NCBI GenBank assembly: GCA_041300525.1
Contig: JBGLNJ010000001.1
Span: 149,735 to 213,734, forward strand
Reading direction: 5' to 3'
DNA: 64,000 nucleotides
Origin: Anaerolineae bacterium
GTDB taxonomy: Bacteria > Chloroflexota > Anaerolineae > Fen-1058
In this document: piece after piece, positions 43,771 to 56,714 of the stretch
Layout of the letters: each line of letters starts with the position of its first letter
Numbering within the stretch: position 1 is the first letter of the stretch
Notes under the pieces: model-generated
Database searches by the model: none
Told to the model about the DNA's origin: nothing
The model's input: the letters and a program-made list of their open reading frames with translations, nothing else
Position numbers and translations under genes: made by a program

Positions 43771-45018
43771 AAGGACACACCAGCTTTTGAATATCGCGAC
43801 GGCGAGCTTGCGTGCGAAGGCATCAGGTTAAGCGACATCGCGCAGCAGGTGGGCACGCCGGTCTATGTCTACCGCCGGGCGCGCATCGAGGCGAACTATG
43901 GCCGCATCGCGGCGGCTTTTGCGCCGTTGGACGCCAAGATACATTACGCCGTCAAAGCCAACGGCAATCTGGCCGTGCTGCGACTCCTCGACGATTTGGG
44001 CGCGGGCTTTGACGTAGTGTCCGGCGGCGAGTTGTTTCGCGTGTTGAAAGCTGGCGTGGACGCGGGGCGCGTTGTCTTTGCGGGCGCGGGCAAGACCGAT
44101 GCCGAGTTGGCCTATGCGCTGCGCCAGGCGTCGCGCGTGGGACAGGTCAACGCGGAATCGGCGGACGAACTGCACGCGCTGAACGAGTTGGCAGGCGCGC
44201 GCGGCATGACGCAACGAGTGGCGCTGCGGCTCAACCCTGGCGTTGACCCTCACACGCATCGGCACATCAGCACCGGACACGCGGGCAGCAAGTTCGGCGT
44301 CGAGATAGAAGAAGCAGAATCGTTGCTGGCCGACGTGGCGCAGTTTCCACATCTGGACATCTCCGGGCTGCACATTCACATCGGCTCGCAGATTCCCGAT
44401 GCGGGGCCGCTGGTCGCCGCGCTCGACCGTGTGTTGCCGCTGGCTCAACGCTTCAAGACGATTCGCGCGTTGGACCTTGGCGGGGGATTCCCTGTCGCAT
44501 ACCGTCAAGGCGAGACAGTCACCCCGCCGGAAGAATTCGCTCGCGCCGTAAAAGACCAGCTCCGAGGCTTGGGCAAGCCCCTAGAGCTTTCGATAGAGCC
44601 GGGGCGTTTCATCGTGGCGGACGCGGGCGCGCTGGTGGCGCAGGCGCAGGCGACCAAACATTCGTATGGTCGTCGCATCGTCACGACCGACGCGGGAATG
44701 ACGGATCTCATCCGTCCGGCGCTGTATGATGCCTACCACGAAATCGTGCCCGTCATTCAGAGCAAGCCTTTGGACGAACTGACGGATGTGGCCGGGCCAG
44801 TGTGCGAATCTTCCGATTTTCTTGGACATGAGCGCGCATTGCCGGCGATGAAGCGCGGCGACTTGCTCGCAGTGCTAACGGTGGGCGCGTATGGCGCGAC
44901 GATGGCATCGAATTATAACGCTCGCCCGCGCGCTCCCGAGGTACTCGTAGAAAGCGCCGCGTTTCGCATCGTCCGGCGGCGCGAAACGTGGCAAGACCTA
45001 GTGCGAGCCGAGATTTAA
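43765..45018 (+). CDS. lysA: Diaminopimelate decarboxylase (start codon unresolved)
   Basis: FEYRDGELACEGIRLSDIAQQVGTPVYVYR..., the PLP-lysine context HYAVKANGN, GFDVVSGGE and CESSD. There is no ATG/GTG/TTG between the GH13 stop and the first conserved residue. Candidate starts are ATT 43765, ATC 43744 and CTG 43726. Confidence 0.85.
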   Translation: MSKDTPAFEYRDGELACEGIRLSDIAQQVGTPVYVYRRARIEANYGRIAAAFAPLDAKIHYAVKANGNLAVLRLLDDLGAGFDVVSGGELFRVLKAGVDAGRVVFAGAGKTDAELAYALRQASRVGQVNAESADELHALNELAGARGMTQRVALRLNPGVDPHTHRHISTGHAGSKFGVEIEEAESLLADVAQFPHLDISGLHIHIGSQIPDAGPLVAALDRVLPLAQRFKTIRALDLGGGFPVAYRQGETVTPPEEFARAVKDQLRGLGKPLELSIEPGRFIVADAGALVAQAQATKHSYGRRIVTTDAGMTDLIRPALYDAYHEIVPVIQSKPLDELTDVAGPVCESSDFLGHERALPAMKRGDLLAVLTVGAYGATMASNYNARPRAPEVLVESAAFRIVRRRETWQDLVRAEI

Positions 45019-45083
45019 AAAGTCTTTATCGCACTCGCCACCGCCAGCCCGACCGCTCAGTACGGATGCAGTTGAACCGAGTC

Positions 45084-45116
45084 ACTGATAACTGATTGAC
45101 TGATTGACTGACTGAT
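45084..45116. repeat. Short tandem repeat (CTGATTGA / CTGA units)
   Basis: ACTGATAACTGATTGACTGATTGACTGACTGAT lies immediately upstream of ATG 45121. Confidence 0.75.
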
Positions 45117-45120
45117 CCCC

Positions 45121-45912
45121 ATGCGCCTCTACTTCGAACTTTCCAAAAAAGCCGCGCAGCGGCAACTGGCCTATCGCCAGGCGAACCTCGCTGGGCTGCT
45201 GACGAATCTCTTTTTCGGCGCGCTGCGCGCGTACGTCCTCATCGCGCTGTACGGCCTGCGGCCCGAGATCGCGGGCTACACGCTGGCCGCCGCCATCACG
45301 TACACCGGCTTGACGCAGGCCATCTTGCGCGCGGTGCAAATCTTTGGCTGGCAAGATTTGATGAAGACCGTGCGCAGCGGCGACATCGCCTCCGACCTGG
45401 CCAAGCCCTTCGACTATTATTTCTTCTGGCTGGCCCAAGACCTGGGCGCGAACGTCATCCACCTGATCGTGCGCGGCATCCCCATCATGTGGGTATACGC
45501 CGTCGCTACGCCGATGGTCTGGCCGGCCGACGCCAACGCGGCACTCGCGTTCGCCTTCAGCCTCTTGCTGGCGATGCTGGTGAGCTTTGCCGGGCGGTTC
45601 TGCGTCAACATTACCGCGCTGTGGTCGGCGGATGCGTTGGGCTTTGCGCGGCTGGGCTACACGCTGGCAATGTTTCTTTCCGGCTTTCTGGTTCCGGTGG
45701 CCTTTTTCCCGCCGTGGCTCAAGACCCTGGCGGCCTGGACGCCGTTCCCGGCGATGATCGAAATGCCGGTGCAAATCTGGCTAGGGATTCTTTCAGGCCC
45801 GGCGGTCACGGCAGCGTTGATCCAGCAAGCGTTTTGGGCGGGCGTGATGATGCTCCTGGGACGATTGATGCTGGCGGCCGGCACGCGCAAGTTGGTGATT
45901 CAGGGGGGATGA
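45121..45912 (+). CDS. ABC-2 family transporter permease (ABC2_membrane_6-like)
   Basis: 263 aa with 6 TM helices. N-terminal YFELSKKAAQRQLAYRQANLAGLLTNLFFG is typical of this family. Confidence 0.7.
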   Translation: MRLYFELSKKAAQRQLAYRQANLAGLLTNLFFGALRAYVLIALYGLRPEIAGYTLAAAITYTGLTQAILRAVQIFGWQDLMKTVRSGDIASDLAKPFDYYFFWLAQDLGANVIHLIVRGIPIMWVYAVATPMVWPADANAALAFAFSLLLAMLVSFAGRFCVNITALWSADALGFARLGYTLAMFLSGFLVPVAFFPPWLKTLAAWTPFPAMIEMPVQIWLGILSGPAVTAALIQQAFWAGVMMLLGRLMLAAGTRKLVIQGG

Positions 45913-45926
45913 TGAAAAGGCCACAG

Positions 45927-45998
45927 GGCGCTATCCCAATAGCGCCATCACAGACCGCTATAGAGATAGCGGCTCAGGGCGCAATGGGGGTTGCGCCC
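45927..45998. repeat. Three consecutive perfect hairpins
   Basis: GGCGCTAT-ccca-ATAGCGCC (45927-45946), CCGCTAT-agag-ATAGCGG (45955-45972) and GGGCGCAA-tggggg-TTGCGCCC (45977-45998). Confidence 0.8.
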
Positions 45999-46799
45999 TA
46001 TGTTCGCCTGTATCTCAAGCTCATCTCTAGCCGCATCCGCTCGCAGATGCAGTACCGGCTTTCATTCCTGCTCGACGTGGCGGGCAATTTCTTGAGCAAC
46101 TTTACCGACCTGGCCGCGTTGATGGTCATGTTCACGCAGGCACGGTCTCTGGGCGGCTGGTCGTTCGGCGAGATTGCGTTCCTGTACGGGCTGTCTTCGG
46201 CCAGTTTCGCGTTGCACGAGTTGTTCCAGGGCGCGTTCGACAATGACGTGTTCGCGTCCTACATCCAGCGCGGCTTGTTTGACCAGATGCTCATCCGTCC
46301 GCTGCCGATGTTGTTCCAGATGATGACGGAATACTTTGTGCTGCGGCGCTTGGGGCGGATGACACAGGGATTGATCGCGTTAGGATTAGGGGTCGCGTTG
46401 GCGCAGCCACATTGGACGCTTGCCAAGCTGCTTTACCTGCCGGTGGTCATTGCCGGGGGCGCGCTGTTTTTTCTAGCGATTTCCGTCGCGGGCTGCACGC
46501 TCTGCTTTTGGACGGTACAGAGCACAGAGGTCGTCAACATCTTTACTTATGGCGGCACGACGATGCTCCAATATCCGTTGACGATCTACCAGGAGTGGAT
46601 GCAAAAGTTCTTTGTGTACATTCTGCCGATGGCGTTCATCAACTATTTTCCAACGCTATTTTTCTTGGACAAAACAGATCCATTCCACCTACCCGCGTTT
46701 GTGCCGTTCCTGGCGCCGGTTGTGTGTGTGGCTGTATTTCTGTTTTCGCTGCAAATCTGGCAGTTCGGTGTTGCGCACTATACGAGCACCGGCAGTTAG
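45984..46799 (+). CDS. ABC-2 family transporter permease (second subunit)
   Basis: YVRLYLKLISSRIRSQMQYRLSFLLDVAGNF... followed by TM helices. I prefer ATG 45984. An alternative is ATG 45909 (ATGA overlap), which would translate through the hairpin cluster. Confidence 0.65.
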   Translation: MGVAPYVRLYLKLISSRIRSQMQYRLSFLLDVAGNFLSNFTDLAALMVMFTQARSLGGWSFGEIAFLYGLSSASFALHELFQGAFDNDVFASYIQRGLFDQMLIRPLPMLFQMMTEYFVLRRLGRMTQGLIALGLGVALAQPHWTLAKLLYLPVVIAGGALFFLAISVAGCTLCFWTVQSTEVVNIFTYGGTTMLQYPLTIYQEWMQKFFVYILPMAFINYFPTLFFLDKTDPFHLPAFVPFLAPVVCVAVFLFSLQIWQFGVAHYTSTGS

Positions 46800-46840
46800 C
46801 GGCCTGTCGGCCTGTCGGAGTGGCCGGCGCACGCTTCGCG

Positions 46841-48739
46841 CTATGCTTCGCTCACCGGCAACAGAATCGTAAAAGTTGTCCCCACGCCCGCCTGGCTCAT
46901 GGCTGTGATCTGCCCGTTGTGCGCTTCGATCAGCCCATAGCTGATGGACAGCCCCAACCCCGTCCCCTCGGACTTGGTTGTCACAAAAGGCTCAAAGAGG
47001 TGAGCTATAACCTCCGGCGACATGCCGTCGCCAGTGTCGCCGAACTCGATACACACCGCCGGCACCGCCCGGTTGTTGCGCTGTTGCATCTCGCACACGG
47101 TCGTGCGCACGCGCAACGTCCCAGCGCCCCGTGCGGCCATCGCGTCAATCGCGTTGAGCACCAGATTCAAAAAGACCTGTTTGAGATAGTCGGGGTTCGC
47201 CGGAATATCGGGCAGATCCATGGCCCATTCACACTCGACGGTGACGTGACTATGCTGCAACTGCTTGTCGGCCAGCTCCAACACGCTTTGCAAAACGGCG
47301 TGCGCATCGGTGGGCTGCAGTCCCTCGCGCGCCGGGCGGTAAAAGTCGCGCATCCGCCGCACAATCGCCGCCAGGCGCTCGACCTCTTTGCCGGCTATGC
47401 CCACGTAGCGCGTCAACTTGTCCGGGCGCAGGCTGCCCTCCAATTCATCCCCGGCCAACTCGAGCGAATTCTGTATAGCCTGCAGGGGATTGTTGATCTC
47501 GTGCGAGATGGAAGCCAACAAGCGCCCCAGCGCCGCCATCTTTTCGACCTGGACAAGTTGCGCCTGGGTCTGTTTCAAGCGGCGGAACTGTTCCCGCTCC
47601 GTCTCGTACAATCGGGCATTCTCGATGGCAATCGCCGCCGAACTGGCCAACGCCTCCAATATCTCGCGGTCACGCTCGCCGAACACGCCGCCCGCCTTGT
47701 TGACGGCCTCGACAGCTCCCCACATGGCTCCTTTGAACATCAGCGGCACTGCCACCACGGAGCGCGTAGTCTGACCGGTCACGGAATCAACTTGGTCGTA
47801 GAAACGTGAATCGCGGCGCACGTCACTCACCACGGCCGATTGCCGTTCCCGCATGACCCAGCCGGCAATCCCCGTTGTGGCCGGCATTCGCGTCCCCACC
47901 AGCGTCTCCGAGTTCAAGCCGGCCGCGGCGGCAAAGACCAGATCGTCGTCGGGAGAAGCCGGATCACGCAGCATCACCGAAGCCCCTTCGGCATCCAACA
48001 AGCGCCTGACCTCGTCAATCATCAGCTTCAACACCGCCTCCGAGTTGAGCGTGGAGACCATGGCTCGGCCGGCTGCGTTGAGCGCGGACAGTTCCCTGGT
48101 GCGACGCTCCAAATCTTCATTCAGCCTGGTCACGTTTCCCTGTGCGGCGTGCTCGCGGGCCAAGGCTTGGTGAATGTCGCGCAAGGCGCCCTCCAGGTTG
48201 GCGGCCGCTAACCAGGAAACGACAGAGATCATGAACAAGCCCATAATGGAGACATAGCTATAGCTTTGCGGCGGGGAAGTGAACAGATAGAACAGTGTGT
48301 AGCTCACCGTCGAAAGCAAAGCGAAAAGGAATGAGCTGGCCGGCGACACGAGAAAGCTGGCAGCCAGAGTAGGAATCGTAAGAGTCAACAAAACGCGATC
48401 TAACGTTGCGGTCCCAAAAGACGACGAAATCACGACGACGTAAAGGGTGAGGAAACTATACCCGGCCCAACGAGTGCGTCCCGAGCGGTTCAGGAATAGC
48501 AAGCCAACGAGGAACAATATGATGGCAACGTCAATCAATACCGCGAAGGGTGTCCCGGCTGCCTCTGAGGACGCAAGAGACCTCGAAAAATCGAACAGGT
48601 TGATGGCCGTCAGCAGAAAAACAGCCAGCAAGGTGCTCAAGAGCAAGATGCCCAACAGTCGCCCACGACGCCGAGTGTCAGAGTCTTGCGCATTCACCGT
48701 GAGCAAGCGATTGAGAAAAGCGAGCCACCGACTCCACAT
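46841..48739 (-). CDS. Membrane sensor histidine kinase (TM region + GAF + HisKA + HATPase_c)
   Basis: GAF-like AVPLMFKGAMWGAVEAVN, H-box LASISHEINNPLQAI, and ATPase GDTGDGM...GTGLGLSISYGLIEAHNG. Start chosen at ATG 48739; the track ORF extends to 48883. Confidence 0.85.
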   Translation of the reverse strand: MWSRWLAFLNRLLTVNAQDSDTRRRGRLLGILLLSTLLAVFLLTAINLFDFSRSLASSEAAGTPFAVLIDVAIILFLVGLLFLNRSGRTRWAGYSFLTLYVVVISSSFGTATLDRVLLTLTIPTLAASFLVSPASSFLFALLSTVSYTLFYLFTSPPQSYSYVSIMGLFMISVVSWLAAANLEGALRDIHQALAREHAAQGNVTRLNEDLERRTRELSALNAAGRAMVSTLNSEAVLKLMIDEVRRLLDAEGASVMLRDPASPDDDLVFAAAAGLNSETLVGTRMPATTGIAGWVMRERQSAVVSDVRRDSRFYDQVDSVTGQTTRSVVAVPLMFKGAMWGAVEAVNKAGGVFGERDREILEALASSAAIAIENARLYETEREQFRRLKQTQAQLVQVEKMAALGRLLASISHEINNPLQAIQNSLELAGDELEGSLRPDKLTRYVGIAGKEVERLAAIVRRMRDFYRPAREGLQPTDAHAVLQSVLELADKQLQHSHVTVECEWAMDLPDIPANPDYLKQVFLNLVLNAIDAMAARGAGTLRVRTTVCEMQQRNNRAVPAVCIEFGDTGDGMSPEVIAHLFEPFVTTKSEGTGLGLSISYGLIEAHNGQITAMSQAGVGTTFTILLPVSEA

Positions 48740-48844
48740 CGTCTCACCCCACCCAGTTGCGTGCGCAGCCACCCTCAGGTTGACGAGCACCACACGCGCT
48801 GACCCTATTATACTCCCAACATTGGCCACCCGAAAACCCAACCC

Positions 48845-48872
48845 TTGACACTCCCCCAAAACCCGGTATAAT
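48845..48872 (+). promoter_or_regulatory. Consensus sigma70 promoter for rpoC
   Basis: TTGACA (48845-48850), a 16-nt spacer, then TATAAT (48867-48872). Confidence 0.65.
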
Positions 48873-48908
48873 TCGCCCAACACAAACCGAACGACACCAT
48901 TGCGAGCG

Positions 48909-48966
48909 CCAGCCCATCTACCACCTTAGAAGATGGGCTGGTTTACGCTTGCGTGGTGGTTTTTTG
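48909..48966 (+). promoter_or_regulatory. Structured rpoC leader with an attenuator-like arrangement
   Basis: An 11-bp perfect stem, CCAGCCCATCT-accaccttaga-AGATGGGCTGG. The loop ACCACC can alternatively pair with the downstream GGTGGT, which is followed by TTTTTT (48955-48966). Confidence 0.4.
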
Positions 48967-49006
48967 CTATTTGTCGGCCAGTCGTAAGGGCGGCACGTTG
49001 GGCGTG

Positions 49007-53269
<4,263 letters not shown>

Positions 53270-53285
53270 CCTCTCTTTTACCAGT

Positions 53286-53322
53286 ACAGCGCCCAACCTT
53301 TTCGGTCGGGCGCTGTTTTTTT
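53286..53322 (+). terminator. Rho-independent terminator of rpoC
   Basis: ACAGCGCCCAACC-ttttc-GGTCGGGCGCTGT followed by TTTTTTT. Confidence 0.85.
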
Positions 53323-53332
53323 GTCTCACCTT

Positions 53333-53384
53333 CCCACCCTCTTCCCTGACGACTGTCCGAGCAATCGTCAGGGAAGGGGTGGGG
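53333..53384. repeat. Long GC-rich hairpin (19 bp with one bulge)
   Basis: CCCACCCtCTTCCCTGACGA-ctgtccgagcaa-TCGTCAGGGAAGGGGTGGG. Confidence 0.7.
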
Positions 53385-53386
53385 AT

Positions 53387-53414
53387 TTGCTTTGTCCGGC
53401 GAGCGGGGTACAAT
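53387..53414 (+). promoter_or_regulatory. Promoter positioned for a leaderless transcript of the J-domain gene
   Basis: TTGCTT (53387-53392), a 16-nt spacer, then TACAAT (53409-53414). ATG 53423 is only 8 nt downstream, with no RBS. Confidence 0.45.
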
Positions 53415-53422
53415 GTTCACCT

Positions 53423-54247
53423 ATGAAACAGGCCGATTCACTGGATGCGCTGCGAACCGAGATCGAGCAAAAACGCGAGTTCGTCGCTCGATTGGAGCAG
53501 GAGCGCACCGACTTGGAGCTAGAGATTGCGGCGTTCGAGGTGACCTACAACGCCGAGGTCAAGCCGCTCCAAGACGAGTTGGACGCCATCAACCTCCACA
53601 TCCGCGAATACGAGTTGCGCAACGAGCTATTGCGCTTTCGCGGCAGCCGGTTGAGCGCCGTGCAACTTGAGGCAGAGGTCGAGTTGCGGCTGCGCGGACA
53701 ACACACGCAGGCGGCCTTTAGCGATACCCCTCCACCCCACGCTCGTCAGAGATGGGAGAGCACACCCCCCTCGTCCGAGCCGGACATTGTGACCAAGGCC
53801 GAACTCAAATCGCTTTACCGCGAACTGGCCAAACGCTTCCACCCCGACCTGGCCGCGAACGATCTGGAGCGAGAGGCACATGGTACACGTATGGCCGAAA
53901 TCAACGACGCCTATGCGCGCGGCGATCTCGAAGAGCTGCGCCGCGCCGCCGCGTTGCCGCGCGAGTCCGATGTGCGCGCCTCTCTGCCGCCCACGCTGGC
54001 TGAGATGTTAGCCGAACGCGACCGGCTCGATGCGCTCATCACCCGGCTGCGCCAAGACATTGCCGAATTGAACCGCGACCCGCTCATGCTGCTCAAGATT
54101 GACACGACGCTCGCTCGCCACAGCAGGCGCGATTTACTGGCCGAGATGGCGACCGATATTCACATCAAAATCGTCGAGCGGCGCGGCGTGCTCAACAAAT
54201 TGATCGCCGAGTTTCGCGCGCTCGTCGAGCAAGTCGGGTTGGTCTAG
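53423..54247 (+). CDS. Coiled-coil protein with central J domain (DnaJ-like co-chaperone)
   Basis: LKSLYRELAKRFHPDLAANDLEREAHGTRMAEINDAYARGD carries the HPD motif and is flanked by heptad-rich segments. Confidence 0.75.
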   Translation: MKQADSLDALRTEIEQKREFVARLEQERTDLELEIAAFEVTYNAEVKPLQDELDAINLHIREYELRNELLRFRGSRLSAVQLEAEVELRLRGQHTQAAFSDTPPPHARQRWESTPPSSEPDIVTKAELKSLYRELAKRFHPDLAANDLEREAHGTRMAEINDAYARGDLEELRRAAALPRESDVRASLPPTLAEMLAERDRLDALITRLRQDIAELNRDPLMLLKIDTTLARHSRRDLLAEMATDIHIKIVERRGVLNKLIAEFRALVEQVGLV

Positions 54248-54316
54248 ACCTGACAGGTCTAGCGCGATTGTGGTAAAATAGCGCCGCCTGCCCAACCGGA
54301 ACCCAAAGAGGACATC

Positions 54317-55228
54317 TTGCGAATCCTACGCCTGTTTCTATCCATCGCTTTCGGGCTAGTCGTCGTCTTGTTGACAAATGTTTCTCTGACGCACGCCAGT
54401 GTGCCGAAGGAAAGCTCATTAGAACCAGTCAATCACATCCACGCCGCGCCAGCACTCATTCCAACCGTCACATCCACCCCCATCATCACCGTCGAGGTGC
54501 CCATCCTGATGTACCACGACGTGAGCCGCATGGGCGGCAACGGCATCAACATCAGCACGCAGGTCTTTTCCGCGCAGATGGATTATCTCCAAAAAAACGG
54601 CTACACCAGCGTGAGCCTGGACCAAATTGCCGCCGCGCTGCGCGGACAGGCGACGCTGCCACCCAAACCCGTCGCGCTGACGTTCGACGACGGCTGGGCG
54701 CACGTCTACACCAACGCGGTTCCGGTGCTGCAATCGCACGGCTTCCGGGCCACATTTTTCGTCCTGGCCGGATACAGCAACGGACACTCACCGACTTTTC
54801 TTTCGTGGGAGCAGATCAAGTCGCTGCGCGCTGCGGGGATGTGGATCGGCGTGCACAGCTTTACGCACCCCGTCCTCAGCCGGCTAAACGCCGCCGGCTT
54901 GCGCCGTGAAATCGTGGACGCCAAGACAGAGATCGAAAAGAATGGTGGCGGGCCGGTGACGGTGTTCGCCTATCCCTATGGAGCACTCAGCCCGCGCGTG
55001 GTGCAGGCTGTGCAGGACGCCGGCTACGTGGCCGCCGTCGCCATCAGCCCACGCATCCAACAACGCTCCGACCAGATTTACCGCCTGAACCGCATCACCA
55101 TGTCCAACGGCATATCGATGTCGCTATTTGAAAGATACCTAACCGGCAAGGCGCCTCCACCGGCCGCGATCCCCTACTCCCAGCCGATTCCTCGCTCGCC
55201 AAGACATCAAACCGGCAAAGAGGATTAA
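54317..55228 (+). CDS. Polysaccharide deacetylase (NodB homology, CE4) with N-terminal membrane anchor
   Basis: LTFDDGW, HSFTHP and AYPYG motifs. TTG start with AGAGGA 6 nt upstream. Confidence 0.8.
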   Translation: MRILRLFLSIAFGLVVVLLTNVSLTHASVPKESSLEPVNHIHAAPALIPTVTSTPIITVEVPILMYHDVSRMGGNGINISTQVFSAQMDYLQKNGYTSVSLDQIAAALRGQATLPPKPVALTFDDGWAHVYTNAVPVLQSHGFRATFFVLAGYSNGHSPTFLSWEQIKSLRAAGMWIGVHSFTHPVLSRLNAAGLRREIVDAKTEIEKNGGGPVTVFAYPYGALSPRVVQAVQDAGYVAAVAISPRIQQRSDQIYRLNRITMSNGISMSLFERYLTGKAPPPAAIPYSQPIPRSPRHQTGKED

Positions 55229-55289
55229 GACCCAACCTGCCGGTGCTTGAGCTGCGAATGATGTCGCCGCATTGCAACCGCTGAGGTTG

Positions 55290-55913
55290 TCATTCCGCCA
55301 TCAGGATCACGCGCGCGGGCGCGCCCTCACTGCCGGCCAGCTTCATCGGCAAGCAGTAAAGCATGTAATCGCCCGGCGGCACATCGCGCAAGTCCAGTCC
55401 CTCGACGGCGACCACGCCCGCGCCCAACAATGCGCGGTGCACAGAACCATCGCCGCCAAAGCGTTCCACGGACGAATAATCCACGCCCACCAACCGCATG
55501 CCACGCTCGACAATCCACTGAGCAGCGTCCAGCGCGAGGGCCACAAAATCCTGGTGGAACGTGTCGCGGCTCAGGGTGCTATTGCGCGTCTTGAACAGCA
55601 GCCGCTTCACCTGGCGTGGCAGGTCCAATCGCTCCAAATCGTCGGCGGTAATGGCTTGGGCATCGGGCAAAGCGACGACCGTCGCCGGCCCGATCAGTGC
55701 GTCGAGTGAGAGCGAGGGAATATCGCCCCCGCCCGCGATAAAGTGGAGCGGCGCGTCCACGTGCGTGCCGATATGGACGCTGCCGGCCAGGTGCGAGACA
55801 TTGTCCTTCGCGCCATCCTCGATGCGCTTGACCCTCTTTAAGGTCACGGGCGGATCGCCCGGCCAGACCGGCATGGCGGGCGAAACGGGTAACGTCACGT
55901 CAAAGATTTTCAT
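55290..55913 (-). CDS. Cyclase family protein / arylformamidase-like
   Basis: HIGTHVDAPLHF metal-binding motif. 207 aa. Confidence 0.8.
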   Translation of the reverse strand: MKIFDVTLPVSPAMPVWPGDPPVTLKRVKRIEDGAKDNVSHLAGSVHIGTHVDAPLHFIAGGGDIPSLSLDALIGPATVVALPDAQAITADDLERLDLPRQVKRLLFKTRNSTLSRDTFHQDFVALALDAAQWIVERGMRLVGVDYSSVERFGGDGSVHRALLGAGVVAVEGLDLRDVPPGDYMLYCLPMKLAGSEGAPARVILMAE

Positions 55914-55975
55914 TGTCCCACTCCTGATGAATACATGCTATAATCCGAGTCACTCCAACCCAGGGGGGATGGATT

Positions 55976-56695
55976 ATGCCGCTTCGATTCCAGGAACAGC
56001 GCGACAGGCTCGCCGCACAAGCGCCTCAAAAATGGCTCGACAACCTCGCGCCCAAAGTGGCGCAGTTGCGCGAGGAGCTTGGCCGCCGCGACCCGCGCGA
56101 CCTTGCCGAGTGCAGCGGCGCGACCTTTGACGCAGCCCAGCAGGTGATCCAGATCGAATTATGGGGCAAGCCGTACAGCCTGACTCATCCGGAACTCGTC
56201 GCGCGTGACGCGACCGGCGCACAAGCCAGCGCCGACAAGCAAGCTCTGCTGCTAATGTACCTCCACACGGCGGATGGCACGCCGCCGGCCCCTGCGGGCA
56301 AGTGGCTGGCCTACCGCGAACTGCCCGGCGGGATGTTTTACGCCAATGCGTTTCACGGTTACGCCGAGTTGCGCCTGGCGCAGTCTTTTGACGGCGACGT
56401 GGAGAAATTCCGAGCCGCCGCCACGCGCTTGAAGGGCAATCGGTTGGCCTTTGGCGACGCGTCGTTCGAGTTTTTGGCGCTGCCACGCATCCTCGTCGCC
56501 GCCGTCTACTGGCTGGGCGACGAAGACTTTCCATCCAACGCCGGCATCCTCTTCGACGCCGCCGCCAGCCACTATCTCCCCACCGACGCAGTGGGCGGGT
56601 TGGGCAGCCAACTCGTCTCGCGGCTCATCGGCAAATCCAATGAGGACGCGCAGACGCTCACTGCGCTGGCCGTCCAGCCGCCCGATGCTGCGTAG
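55976..56695 (+). CDS. Hypothetical protein (possibly DUF3786-like)
   Basis: 239 aa, preceded by TGcTATAAT and a GGGGGA RBS. FEFLALPRILVAAVYWLGDEDFPSNAGILFD resembles DUF3786 from memory only. Confidence 0.5.
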   Translation: MPLRFQEQRDRLAAQAPQKWLDNLAPKVAQLREELGRRDPRDLAECSGATFDAAQQVIQIELWGKPYSLTHPELVARDATGAQASADKQALLLMYLHTADGTPPAPAGKWLAYRELPGGMFYANAFHGYAELRLAQSFDGDVEKFRAAATRLKGNRLAFGDASFEFLALPRILVAAVYWLGDEDFPSNAGILFDAAASHYLPTDAVGGLGSQLVSRLIGKSNEDAQTLTALAVQPPDAA

Positions 56696-56714
56696 GACAA
56701 GTTGCCAACTTGTC

